From an uncultured delta proteobacterium (lineage in GTDB: Bacteria > Desulfobacterota > WTBG01): 64,000 nt of DNA. The DNA lies in assembly GCA_963793865.1 (NCBI GenBank), contig CAWCBP010000001.1:864001-928000 (forward strand). The letters run 5' to 3'. This document shows positions 29,211 through 39,324 of the stretch, piece after piece; within the stretch, counting starts at the first letter, position 1; the number at the start of each line of letters is the position of its first letter. The position numbers and the translations under genes are program-made. A model generated the notes under the pieces. It was not told the DNA's origin. It did not search any database and was given only the letters and a program-made list of their open reading frames with translations.

Positions 29211-30347
29211 ATGAACCTGCTCCATATTTTCAGCAACTGGAAATGGACCGGACCCGCCGAACACGCGCTGAACGCGGCGGTGCACCTTATGAACAAGGGA
29301 CATCGCGTCGTTTTTGCCTGTGCCGTTCCGCCGCAGCCGGTTGAAGATTCTCTCTTAAAACGGGCGGAGCAGGCGGGACTGGAAATTGAAAGAGGATTGT
29401 ACCTCAGCAAGCACTTTACCATCCGGCGGAACGTAAGCGACCTGTACCGCCTCCGGTCAGCTCTGCAAAAAAGAAGGTTTCATCTGGTGCACACACACCT
29501 GCCCAATGACCATCTCCTGACTGCCGGGGCGCGCTTGCCGGGTGCATACCGGGTGCCGATTATCCGCACTGTCTACGACGGCCCGGGCCTTCGTCCGACG
29601 CTGCGAAACCGCCTGCTGTTACAGTATTGCACCGATTCGCTCATAACCGTCTCGGAATCGGCGAGACAGGCCATCGGCAATGCCTTCAGGATTCCGGCGG
29701 GCAGGATATGGAATATCTGCCCCGGCGTCGATTGCGATAAATTTAATCCCGGGATTGATGGAAGCGCCGTACGGAAGAAGTACGGCATCAGCGCTGATGA
29801 TCCGGTGGCGGGGATTGTGGCCCGCGTGCAAAAGCACCGGCGTTTTGACGTTTTGATCAGGGCCCTTTCCCGGGCCATTGAACAGATACCCCGTCTCAAG
29901 GTGCTGCTGATAGGGAGGGGCACGCGCATGGAGGAGATTGCCGTAAAGCCGGTACATGAACTCGGGCTTGAGAATAATATTATCATGACCGGGTATCACC
30001 TTGATGATTACCCGGATTTGCTTGCCGCCCTGGACGTAAAGATTTTCCTGGTGCCGGGGAGTGACGGCAGCTGCCGGGCCGTTCGCGAGGCGATGGCCAT
30101 GGGAAAGCCGGTCATTGCGGCCAACCGGGGAATGCTTCCGGAGCTGGTACAGGATGGCGTCAGCGGGTTTGTCGTGGACGACACGCAGGAAAAACTGGCG
30201 CGGGCGATCATCAGGCTGGTCACGGATGTGCCGTTGCGCAGGAAAATGGGAGAGGCGGCACGGCAGCGGATATGCAGCGAGTTCAGCCTCAGCGGACAAA
30301 TGGAAAAAGTGGAGTCTGTCTACCGGCAAACACTGCATTCAGGCTGA
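29211..30347 (+). CDS. Glycosyltransferase family 4
   Basis: WKWTGPAE, EAMAMGKPVIA, PELV-x-DGVSG. Confidence 0.9.
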   Translation: MNLLHIFSNWKWTGPAEHALNAAVHLMNKGHRVVFACAVPPQPVEDSLLKRAEQAGLEIERGLYLSKHFTIRRNVSDLYRLRSALQKRRFHLVHTHLPNDHLLTAGARLPGAYRVPIIRTVYDGPGLRPTLRNRLLLQYCTDSLITVSESARQAIGNAFRIPAGRIWNICPGVDCDKFNPGIDGSAVRKKYGISADDPVAGIVARVQKHRRFDVLIRALSRAIEQIPRLKVLLIGRGTRMEEIAVKPVHELGLENNIIMTGYHLDDYPDLLAALDVKIFLVPGSDGSCRAVREAMAMGKPVIAANRGMLPELVQDGVSGFVVDDTQEKLARAIIRLVTDVPLRRKMGEAARQRICSEFSLSGQMEKVESVYRQTLHSG

Positions 30348-30413
30348 CTGAAGACGGTAATGAAACGGGAAGGATTCGGATGATAATCAGGCAGCGGTGA
30401 AAGACGGTGCGAC

Positions 30414-32315
30414 TTATCCCAGGACGGTTGTTTTCTGCAGCACTTCTTCAAGCGTAGTGACTCCTTCTATAACCTTCCTGAGCGCTTCCTGGCGCAGGGT
30501 GAGCATGCCTTTTTCGCCTGCAAGTTCCCGCAAGTTCACCTCGCTGAAGTTGGGGCTGATAATCAGCTTTCGCATGTCGTCATCAATGGGAAGAATTTCG
30601 TAGACAGCGACCCTCCCTTTGAACCCGGTGCCGGAACAGTTGTCACATCCTTTGCCCTGGAATAATTCAACCCCCTCCAGCTGATCGGGATCCATGCCCA
30701 CATCCCTGAGCAGCTGCGGATCCGGCTCCTTTACAGGCGCACTGCATTTTTCGCAGATGCAGCGCAGCAGCCGCTGGGCCACAACAATGGTCAGCGCTGA
30801 GGCAATTAAATAAGGCTTTACCCCTATGTCCATGAGCCTTCCCACGGTTGAAGGACAGTCGTTGGTGTGGACGGTGCTTAATACAAAGTGACCGGTAAGA
30901 GCGGCCTTGATGGCGATTTCAGCCGTTTCCTGATCGCGGATTTCTCCCACCATGATGATGTCCGGGTCCTGACGAAGGAACGCCCGCAGTGCACTGGCAA
31001 AGGTAAGCCCGATTTCCTCCTTGACCTGAAGCTGGTTGATCCCGGTAAAGTTATATTCAATGGGATCTTCGGCGGTCAGAATCTTCTTGTTGATGGTGTT
31101 TAATTTATTGAGCCCGGAGTAGAGGGTGGTGGTTTTGCCGCTTCCGGTCGGTCCCGTTACCAGCGCCATGCCATACGGCTTGCTTATCGCTGATTCAAAT
31201 TTATTGAGACCTTCCTGTGTAAAACCCAGCTGGGTCAGGTCAACCTTCAGGTTTGACTTGTCCAGAAGGCGCATGACCACACCTTCACCAAAAATGGTCG
31301 GAAGGGTGTTGACCCGTATGTCGATGGCACGGTTGCGTCCAAGCCTGAGCTTGATTCTTCCGTCCTGGGGTATGCGCCTTTCCGCGATATCCATATTTGC
31401 CAATATCTTGATTCTGGACGATATGGCTTCCTTGATCGAGGGCGGCAGATTCATTACCCGGTAGAGCTCCCCATCCAGACGATAGCGCACATTGTAAACC
31501 TTTTCAAACGGTTCAATGTGAATGTCACTGGCGCCAATCTTTATGGCCTTGGTGATGATTGACTGGACCAGTTTGACGATGGGTGTGTCGGCCGCCGAAT
31601 ACAATGCTTCAGATGCCTCTTTGTCATCGTCATATTTGATGCCGAATTCGTCAACCGCGTCAGAGAGCAGCTTTCCGTAGTCCTCTATCTCCTCGACCCG
31701 GATATCTTCCTCTTCAAGCTCAATGGTATTTAAATGAAAACTTTTAAATTCCCTATCGTCGATATGGTAATATTTTTTAAAGCATTCGATGATATTCTGC
31801 TCGGTGGTAAGGGTGGGCTTGATTGAGAGGTTGGTCTTGAATTGAATGTCTTCGATAGCCAGGCTGTCGGTGGGATCAGCCATGGCAATGATGAGGGTGT
31901 TGTCTCTGAAGTCAACCGGAACAACGAAGTGTTTTTTTGCAAGTTCGTAGGGAACCTGCTTGATCACCTTTTCAGGGATTACATGATTTTCAATGTCAAT
32001 AACCGGGTAATTGTATTGGCGGGCCAGACATTCGACGATCGTCCTTTCTTCAAGATGGCCGAGCTTGACCAGCAGGCGCCCCAGGCGGATGTGGGACTTT
32101 TCCATTATCTTTAATGCTTCATCCAGCTGGGCGGCGGTTATCAATCCTTCCTTGAGAAGAATTTGTCCAAGCTTCTGTGAGGCTTGACCCCTTTCGGCGC
32201 GCTTGAGCGTGCTGTTCAGGCTTGAGTCCCGCCCCACGGCTGTTTTAGCTTGAAGAGGATTTCGCGCCGGTTCCATTCTCGATAGATTCCGGTTGGTGGA
32301 TGCCGTCTGGTTCAT
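30414..32315 (-). CDS. pilB: Type IV-A pilus assembly ATPase PilB
   Basis: N-terminal MshEN-like LGQILL...LGRLLV, GASDIHIEP, GPTGSGKTTTLY, LRQDPDIIMVGEIRD, Zn-binding Cys pairs. Confidence 0.92.
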   Translation of the reverse strand: MNQTASTNRNLSRMEPARNPLQAKTAVGRDSSLNSTLKRAERGQASQKLGQILLKEGLITAAQLDEALKIMEKSHIRLGRLLVKLGHLEERTIVECLARQYNYPVIDIENHVIPEKVIKQVPYELAKKHFVVPVDFRDNTLIIAMADPTDSLAIEDIQFKTNLSIKPTLTTEQNIIECFKKYYHIDDREFKSFHLNTIELEEEDIRVEEIEDYGKLLSDAVDEFGIKYDDDKEASEALYSAADTPIVKLVQSIITKAIKIGASDIHIEPFEKVYNVRYRLDGELYRVMNLPPSIKEAISSRIKILANMDIAERRIPQDGRIKLRLGRNRAIDIRVNTLPTIFGEGVVMRLLDKSNLKVDLTQLGFTQEGLNKFESAISKPYGMALVTGPTGSGKTTTLYSGLNKLNTINKKILTAEDPIEYNFTGINQLQVKEEIGLTFASALRAFLRQDPDIIMVGEIRDQETAEIAIKAALTGHFVLSTVHTNDCPSTVGRLMDIGVKPYLIASALTIVVAQRLLRCICEKCSAPVKEPDPQLLRDVGMDPDQLEGVELFQGKGCDNCSGTGFKGRVAVYEILPIDDDMRKLIISPNFSEVNLRELAGEKGMLTLRQEALRKVIEGVTTLEEVLQKTTVLG

Positions 32316-32424
32316 TAATCGACCACGATTTTTACCGTCGACATGCCCGCTTTTGCGTGCCGCATCTGCTCATTCCGCGCGCACGCTGATAAACAGGCTG
32401 AGTGGTTATAATACAATAGCTATC

Positions 32425-32451
32425 TCTTCGGCTTAAAGTGGTACTTCTTTA
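32425..32451 (-). promoter_or_regulatory. sigma28 (FliA)-like promoter upstream of pilB
   Basis: TAAA-N15-GCCGAAGA versus consensus TAAA-N15-GCCGATAA. Confidence 0.5.
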
Positions 32452-32749
32452 GTTATTTTATTTAAAATGTAGAATCATTGTGAGAGGCAAAGGCGGCGGT
32501 GAGTTCAGTGACCGGCAGCCTGCTTATGCTTTACGGTTGCCGGAAGTTTTTGCTCCAATACCAAACGGATACAACCTCTATAAGGCCATGACTGATATTG
32601 ATGTTGCTTTTCTACCGCAGGACAGCGCAGGATAAACTGAATCGAAAAACTTATACTTTACAAATAGTATGGAACTTGCTACTGTGCAGTCGGAAACGGA
32701 GTGAACGGCACGAAGCCTGATGATTTTTAAATCATTTCAGTTTATAACC

Positions 32750-34477
32750 ATGGAAAAAATATCACACGGTGAAGCAGTGAGCGCTCCTGAGCGAACCGCG
32801 CCGTCACATTTCATTAAGAACATTATTGAGGATGACCTGGCCTCAAACACGTATGAAGGTCGGGTCCATACCCGCTTTCCCCCGGAGCCGAATGGCTACC
32901 TGCACATAGGTCATGCAAAATCCATTTGCCTCAATTTTGGCCTTGCCGCCGAATACAGGGGCGGGCTCTGCAACCTGCGCTTTGACGACACCAACCCCAG
33001 CAAGGAAGATGTGGAGTATGTCGATTCCATCAAGGAAGACGTCAGGTGGCTGGGGTTTGACTGGGGCGACCGGATGTATTATGCCTCGGATTATTTTGAG
33101 CAGCTCTATCGGTGCGCGGTGGAGCTGATCATGCGGGGAAAGGCATATGTGTGCGATCTGACTCCGGAGGAAGTGAGAGCAAACCGGGGCACGCTCAGTG
33201 AACCGGGTATCGACAGCCCATACCGCCACCGGTCGCTTGAGGAGAATCTCGATTTGTTCGCGCGCATGCGGGCGGGGGAATTTCCGGACGGTTCGCGGAC
33301 GCTGCGGGCGAAGATCGACATGGGATCCCCGAATATCAACATGAGGGACCCGGTGATGTACCGCATCCTCAGGGCGTCCCATCACCGGACGGCTGATGAA
33401 TGGTGCATATACCCCATGTATGATTTCACCCATTGCATTTCCGATTCCCTGGAAAGGATCACTCATTCCATATGCACGCTCGAATTCGAAGATCACCGGC
33501 CATTGTACGACTGGTTTCTGGATTCGCTCGGTCTGTATCATCCCCGGCAAATTGAATTTGCCCGGCTCAACCTGAGCTACACGGTCATGAGCAAGAGAAA
33601 GCTGCTTGAGCTGGTGGAAGGGGGACATGTGTCCGGCTGGGATGATCCCCGGATGCCCACCATTTCAGGATTGCGGAGAAGGGGGTATACACCCGAGTCC
33701 ATCCGCACCTTTTGTGAACGGATAGGGGTTGCCAAGAGAAACAGTGTGGTCGATATTGCGCTGCTTGAGCACTGCCTGAGGGAGGATCTTAACCGGCGCG
33801 CACCACGCGTGATGGCGGTGCTGAATCCGCTCCGCGTAATTATTGATAACTATCCTGAAAACCTGGTGGAGGAGCTTGACGCCGTCAATAATCCCGAGGA
33901 CGCAGGCATGGGCACGCGGAAAATCCCCTTTTCCAGAGAGCTGTACATAGAGCGGGATGACTTCCGTGAAACACCTCCCAAACAATTTTTCAGGCTCGCA
34001 CCCGGCCGGGAAGTGCGTCTCCGCTACGCCTACTACATCACCTGTGAGCGGGTGGTTAAGGATGATGCAACGGGAGAGGTGGTTGCGCTCCACTGCAGGT
34101 ACGACCCCGCGACCCGTGGCGGCGATTCGCCCGACCGTCGGAAGGTCAAGGCAACCCTCCACTGGGTTTCGGTACCCCATTCCGTTCCTGTTGATGTGCG
34201 TCTTTATGATAAGCTGCTTTCCGTGCCGGATGTAACGGTTGAAAATGATGGTGAGGACTATAAGCAATACTTGAATTCGGCTTCCTTGCAGGTGCTGAAA
34301 TCCTGCCGTGTCGAGCCGGGTTTAGCATCAGCACAGCCGGGCAATCGATATCAGTTTGAAAGGCAGGGGTACTTTTGCGTTGACAGCAGTGACTCGTTAC
34401 CCGGCAAGCCGGTTTTTAACCGTACGGTAAATCTCCGCGATACCTGGGCTAAAATAGAAAAATCAATTGCTTCTTAA
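32750..34477 (+). CDS. glnS: Glutamine-tRNA ligase
   Basis: [37 protein letters not shown]. Confidence 0.97.
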   Translation: MEKISHGEAVSAPERTAPSHFIKNIIEDDLASNTYEGRVHTRFPPEPNGYLHIGHAKSICLNFGLAAEYRGGLCNLRFDDTNPSKEDVEYVDSIKEDVRWLGFDWGDRMYYASDYFEQLYRCAVELIMRGKAYVCDLTPEEVRANRGTLSEPGIDSPYRHRSLEENLDLFARMRAGEFPDGSRTLRAKIDMGSPNINMRDPVMYRILRASHHRTADEWCIYPMYDFTHCISDSLERITHSICTLEFEDHRPLYDWFLDSLGLYHPRQIEFARLNLSYTVMSKRKLLELVEGGHVSGWDDPRMPTISGLRRRGYTPESIRTFCERIGVAKRNSVVDIALLEHCLREDLNRRAPRVMAVLNPLRVIIDNYPENLVEELDAVNNPEDAGMGTRKIPFSRELYIERDDFRETPPKQFFRLAPGREVRLRYAYYITCERVVKDDATGEVVALHCRYDPATRGGDSPDRRKVKATLHWVSVPHSVPVDVRLYDKLLSVPDVTVENDGEDYKQYLNSASLQVLKSCRVEPGLASAQPGNRYQFERQGYFCVDSSDSLPGKPVFNRTVNLRDTWAKIEKSIAS

Positions 34478-34499
34478 GTAAGGGAAGGGGGTGAATACG

Positions 34500-34736
34500 A
34501 TGAGCGTAGATGAAAAGATTAAAAATATTATTGTTGAGCAGTTGGGCGTAAGTGCGGACGAGGTTGTACCCGAAGCTTCCTTTGTTGACGATCTGGGTGC
34601 GGACTCCCTTGATCTCGTTGAGCTGATCATGGTGCTGGAGGAGGAGTTCGGCAAGGAAATTCCCGATGAAGATGCAGAGAAGATTCTGACCGTCAAGGAT
34701 GCCATGGATTACATTAAAAACATTTCCGGGTCATAG
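34500..34736 (+). CDS. acpP: Acyl carrier protein
   Basis: [17 protein letters not shown]...IPDEDAEKI. Confidence 0.96.
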   Translation: MSVDEKIKNIIVEQLGVSADEVVPEASFVDDLGADSLDLVELIMVLEEEFGKEIPDEDAEKILTVKDAMDYIKNISGS

Positions 34737-34772
34737 GAGGCACTGTCTCGCATAGGAGAAGGGAGGTTGCAA

Positions 34773-35063
34773 ATGGCACTGTATGTGACACTGTGGAAAT
34801 ACACCAAGGACGGGATGATGGAAATCAGGAAAACCCCCAAGCGTTTTGAGGTGGTAAAAAAAATCATCAGCGACGCGGGCGGGAAGTTGATCGGCATCTA
34901 CGGCTTGATGGGCCAATATGATCTGGTCACCATCGTGGACATGCCCAATGACAAGGTGGCGGCAACGACCATCTTAAAGGTATGCTCCACCGGCCGCATC
35001 ACCTCCGAGACCATGCCCGCCATCCCCATTGATGATTTACTCAGCATCATGAAGCAGGTGTGA
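34773..35063 (+). CDS. GYD domain-containing protein
   Basis: YT-x2-G, GGK...Y-x-LMGQYDLV pattern, about 96 aa. Confidence 0.8.
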   Translation: MALYVTLWKYTKDGMMEIRKTPKRFEVVKKIISDAGGKLIGIYGLMGQYDLVTIVDMPNDKVAATTILKVCSTGRITSETMPAIPIDDLLSIMKQV

Positions 35064-35169
35064 GTATGTTTTAGCAGGAGGCTTCGGCCTTGAACACAGT
35101 CGTAAGATTAACTGCACATAGGTTAGAATGATCAACCTGCAGCGCATGAAGAATAACTATTGATTAATA

Positions 35170-35205
35170 CAAAAGGCCTGTCTGTGCCTGCCGATAGGCC
35201 TTTTG
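35170..35205. terminator. Rho-independent (possibly bidirectional) terminator
   Basis: CAAAAGGCCTGTC-10 nt-GATAGGCCTTTTG followed by T-rich sequence. Confidence 0.7.
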
Positions 35206-35349
35206 TTTACTTATTGTTTTACAATGTTTCTTGTCTGTTGAATGTTTAGTGGCGAGCCCATGTGGTGCATGGGAAGAAACCGATCAAATGAACAGCGCAG
35301 AGGAATATCCTTTCCACAATGTCTTTACACATGAAAAGAGAAATTGACC

Positions 35350-35580
35350 ATGTCAACGACTAAAAAGCCTTCAAAAACCAAAAAGAACGAAATAACAATT
35401 GATTACAATATCTCGCTTTACGATTATCATCCCAATCATGACCTGCACATGTGCAGCATCGTACAGACGAGAAATATGAAAACAGTTGCCGAATTGTCAA
35501 AGGACGCAAAATATATTTGCTTTCTATGCGGCAGGGCGGCAAAGAAAAAAGAGCATCTTTGCGAGCCGGTAGCCATATAG
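35350..35580 (+). CDS. Small Cys/His-rich hypothetical protein
   Basis: H-x2-H-x2-HMC ... YICFLCGR-x-A ... HLCEP, about 76 aa. Confidence 0.6.
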   Translation: MSTTKKPSKTKKNEITIDYNISLYDYHPNHDLHMCSIVQTRNMKTVAELSKDAKYICFLCGRAAKKKEHLCEPVAI

Positions 35581-35710
35581 AGAATGTGATATTCACTTCA
35601 CCAATCTGGATTGCCCTGTCGTATTTGCCTTTTCCGGTTTTAATGATATAATTTCCCAAAATATTATTGCCGTTACAATCAATATACTTGCCCGGGCATA
35701 TTGTATTTCC

Positions 35711-38068
35711 ATGCAGAATGAATATATTTATAACCTGAGGTCAAAAAACCTGCCTGATACCATAGGCGGAAAAGCAAAGAACCTCAGCTTTTTGATAAGC
35801 AAAAAGTTTCAGCTTCCGGAAACCCATGTCTGCACATGGGATGCCTATTTCAGCTATTTAAAAGAGGGAAGTGCCGTAACAAAAATCATCGGTGATGAGT
35901 TAGCCCGAAAAATTGACTTCAGCAAGCACTACGCCATCCGCTCCTCCGCAAACATCGAAGACAACAAGTCTTATTCCTTTGCCGGCCAGTTTAAAAGCAT
36001 CCTCAATGTCTCCGGTAAGGAAAACATCCTCAAGGCCATGGAAACAATTTGGTCGTCCGCAGATTCAAAGAACGTAAGATCGTATTTAAAAAAAACGGGT
36101 ATTGATGCAGACGAAATCAAGATGGCAGTGATACTACAGGAAATGGTGTTGCCAAAGGTTTCGGGCGTATCTTTCAGCAAGAACCCCATTACCGGTATGG
36201 ATGAAATAATTGTCGAGGCAACCATGGGAGGTGGCGAAAGGCTGCACCAGGATGGTATCACCCCCGATCGCTGGGTGCACAAATGGGGACGTTGGATTCA
36301 CGAGCCTGACAGGGCTACAATTGATCCGAATATTATCAGAAGAGTTGTTGACAAGACTAAAGATATAGCAAGCTCTTTCGGCCACAGCGTTGACCTGGAA
36401 TGGGTTTATGATGGAAACAGGATTCATTGGGTTCAACTGCGTGAAATTACTTCACTGCACAATGCAGGCGTCTATTCAAATAAATTTGCCCGTGAGGTAT
36501 TGCCGGGCATCACCAAACCGCTGGTATGGTCAATTAATGTACCCCTGGTCTGCGGAGCCTGGATCAAGTTTTTAGGAGAGCTGGTTGGTGTAAACGATAT
36601 ACAACCTTTTGACCTTGCCAAGGCTTTCTATTACCGGGCATATTTCAACATGGGCACGATCGGAAGAATTTTTGAACTGCTGGGTTTGCCGGGCAATACC
36701 ATCGAGTTGTTAATGGCCGTAGAGCGGCATGAGGCGGGTAAACCCTCCTTTAAGCCGACCGGAAGGACGCTGAAGCTTCTGCCGCGAATAGTCGGCTGCG
36801 TGTGCCGCAAAGTGCGGTTTACAAAGGACCTCGAAGCATTCCTCCCTTTCATGCGCAAACAGTATGCATCATTTCCACTCGATCAGATTTCAAGACTCTC
36901 TCCACATGAAATGATCCGTGACATAGAGCAAGTGTATGTGTTGAATGAAAAAACGGCGTACTACATGATTATAACCTATCTGCTTATGGGATTGTTTCAC
37001 AGTCTTTTCAAAAAGCAGCTCATTAAATACGGCATTTCCTTTGAAGATATTGATTCCATGGAGATCATGGAGGACTTGCAGGATTACGATCCCACCTTGA
37101 AACTTAATAAACTGAGCGGTAGTTTCAGCCGGATTGATGAAGGGACAAAACAAAAGATCGCCGCGGGCACATACCGGGATTTGCTTCAAACAGAAGGAGC
37201 GGATAGCTTCAAACAGGATGTAATCGAGTTCATGGATCACTTCGGGCATCTCAGCGAAAGCAGCAATGATTTTTCATCCACATCCTGGAGGGAAAACCCC
37301 GATGCGATATTGAATATCATTACCCACTCCTGCCAAAGCGACCATCCTGCCAAGACGGACATTCATTTTGACCGGTTGGATATGCCATTCTTAAAAAAGA
37401 TGATTCTCAAGCCCTTTTATAAAAAGGCCCGCAGCTACCGGCTCTACCGGGAGGCCGTCGGCTCTCTCTTCACCACCGGGTATGGAATATTCAGGGCATA
37501 TTTTCTCGCTCTCGGTGATGTGCTGACCCGCAGGGGAATTGTGGGACAGCGTGACGATATTTTTCTCCTGTATTTTGATGAAATAAAGGAGATTGTTGAT
37601 CAAGAGAAGCCGGATGGCACGTATGCTCAGCTCATAGAAAAGCGAAAAACTGAAATGAGGGAGTATGAAGACGTGGTCCTTCCGGATGTAATTTATGGAG
37701 ATCAGCTGCCCCCGATTGTAACCCCGTCTAATAACATATTGAAGGGAATAGCGGCCTCACAGGGTATATATACCGGGAGCGTACGGGTAATTAAGGGAAT
37801 AAGCGACTTTCGCAAACTTCGTGAAGGCGATGTACTGGTGATCCCTTTCTCTGATGTAGGATGGACACCCCTCTTCCCCAAGGCGGGTGCGATCGTTTCC
37901 GAGTCGGGGGGCTTTCTGTCACACAGTTCGATAGTGGCCCGTGAATACCACATCCCCGCGGTCGTTTCTGTTCCGGGAGTGTGCAAGTGCAGTGACGGCA
38001 CGCTGGTCACGGTAGACGGCTACCGCGGTGAAATCAGCATTCATCAAACAGTCAACGGTAAAAATTGA
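35711..38068 (+). CDS. PEP-utilising enzyme with rifampin phosphotransferase-like architecture (ATP-grasp + central domain + His swivel)
   Basis: IGGKA-x-NL, AIRSSA-x2-ED...SFAGQF, DLEW, VQLREIT, GWTPLF, GGFLSHSSIVAREYHIP. No C-terminal pyruvate-binding barrel. Confidence 0.85.
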   Translation: MQNEYIYNLRSKNLPDTIGGKAKNLSFLISKKFQLPETHVCTWDAYFSYLKEGSAVTKIIGDELARKIDFSKHYAIRSSANIEDNKSYSFAGQFKSILNVSGKENILKAMETIWSSADSKNVRSYLKKTGIDADEIKMAVILQEMVLPKVSGVSFSKNPITGMDEIIVEATMGGGERLHQDGITPDRWVHKWGRWIHEPDRATIDPNIIRRVVDKTKDIASSFGHSVDLEWVYDGNRIHWVQLREITSLHNAGVYSNKFAREVLPGITKPLVWSINVPLVCGAWIKFLGELVGVNDIQPFDLAKAFYYRAYFNMGTIGRIFELLGLPGNTIELLMAVERHEAGKPSFKPTGRTLKLLPRIVGCVCRKVRFTKDLEAFLPFMRKQYASFPLDQISRLSPHEMIRDIEQVYVLNEKTAYYMIITYLLMGLFHSLFKKQLIKYGISFEDIDSMEIMEDLQDYDPTLKLNKLSGSFSRIDEGTKQKIAAGTYRDLLQTEGADSFKQDVIEFMDHFGHLSESSNDFSSTSWRENPDAILNIITHSCQSDHPAKTDIHFDRLDMPFLKKMILKPFYKKARSYRLYREAVGSLFTTGYGIFRAYFLALGDVLTRRGIVGQRDDIFLLYFDEIKEIVDQEKPDGTYAQLIEKRKTEMREYEDVVLPDVIYGDQLPPIVTPSNNILKGIAASQGIYTGSVRVIKGISDFRKLREGDVLVIPFSDVGWTPLFPKAGAIVSESGGFLSHSSIVAREYHIPAVVSVPGVCKCSDGTLVTVDGYRGEISIHQTVNGKN

Positions 38069-38134
38069 GACGTGTTTTAAGGTTGTGCCCGAATTACGGC
38101 ATTACACAATAATCCATTTTCAGGAGGTAAATGT

Positions 38135-38509
38135 ATGGAGCTAAAAGAGTATTTCAAAAGTGTATCCGGCATGGGGTTTTTAGCTACGGCTAACAGGAAA
38201 GGTGAAGTCGATGTGGCTGTATATTCCCGCCCCACGGTGATGGAGGACGGAACGCTGGCATGCGGTATGGCAGACCGTCTGACCCATGCCAACCTGAGCG
38301 AGAATCCGTTCGCTGTCTATGCGTTTCATGAGGGGAGTTTCAGGGGAAAACGGATTTTCCTGGAAAAGGTGCGGGAGGAAACAGAAGGGGCACTGCTGGA
38401 CAGCATTCGCACGCAGGCAGATAAAATGGTCGGCCCCGGTGTCGGCGCCATGGTCAAATATGTTGTATATTTTCGGGTAACCAGGGAACTGCCCCTGGTG
38501 GGAGGCTAA
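38135..38509 (+). CDS. Pyridoxamine 5'-phosphate oxidase-family (FMN split-barrel) protein
   Basis: LATAN-x2-G-x-VDVAVYSRP, LTHANL-x-ENP-x-A, G-x-RIFL. Confidence 0.8.
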   Translation: MELKEYFKSVSGMGFLATANRKGEVDVAVYSRPTVMEDGTLACGMADRLTHANLSENPFAVYAFHEGSFRGKRIFLEKVREETEGALLDSIRTQADKMVGPGVGAMVKYVVYFRVTRELPLVGG

Positions 38510-38643
38510 TCGCCGCCATACAGGGAGCTGCAATCAAGCATTCACCCTGCTCAACTCATAAAAGCAGGATAGGCCTTTTAATCCGGATTGACCGGATTAA
38601 GGCGTACAAAACAACCCGGAACCTGTGGAAGGAGAAAGTGAAG

Positions 38644-38948
38644 ATGAAGCGATCAGTACTCAGTGTGTTTGCATGTTTAATGATTCTGGCGTTCCTAACC
38701 TGCCGGCTGTGTCTATATGAAGGTTCAGAGACCGCATGATAAGAATTATGAAGTGACTGAGCTGGGGGATAAAATAGGAAAATCAGAACTCAAATCTTTT
38801 TTATGGCTTTTCGCCTGGGGCGATGCCGGGAACAAAGGCAGCTGCTGACAACGGAGGAATTAAGGTCATCAGGCACGCTGATGTTGAATACTATGTTATT
38901 ATGCTGGGCCTTTATACCCGGATAACCACGGTGGTATATGGTGACTAA
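38644..38948 (+). pseudogene. TRL-like lipoprotein 1, frameshifted
   Basis: Joined frames: MKRSVLSVFACLMILAFL/AGCVYMKVQRPHDKNY...LWLFAWGDAG/TKAAADNGGIKVIRHAD...TTVVYGD*. Shifts near 38700 and 38830. Confidence 0.7.
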
Positions 38949-39288
38949 GCGTTTCTTAGTATTAATGGTGTTGATGCCATTGCTGCTGGCTGGTAGTCAA
39001 GGATGCGGACTTCTTTATACCGATATCGTCCGGTCTGAGTCCCAAAGATTTCAACAATACTCCGGTGGGATCAAAATCATTCAGCCTGAGTGCTTACCGG
39101 GTCCAGGTACCTCTTTTTCTGCCTCTTAGCAGGCCACCCGCGCGTCGGCCCAGTGGGATACCGATAAGATTAACGAACTCGCCGCCAAAGAGGCGGGTAT
39201 GACCAAGATTTATTATACGGATTTTAAAACACAGGAAATCCTGATGGGCACCCTGCGGCGTCAGACGATTATCGTGTACGGTGACTGA
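38938..39288 (+). pseudogene. TRL-like lipoprotein 2, frameshifted
   Basis: Lipobox GC-GLLYTD, then KDFNNTPVGSK, then AKEAGMTKIYYTD...QTIIVYGD* in successive frames. Shifts near 39042 and 39130. Confidence 0.6.
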
Positions 39289-39324
39289 TTATGAAAGCAG
39301 CCCGGTGAAGCATAGCGTGCAGCT

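Noticed and set aside
38578..38600. TTAATCCGG-ATTGA-CCGGATTAA hairpin
   Set aside because: An isolated stem with no U-tract or second copy; cannot be assigned a function.
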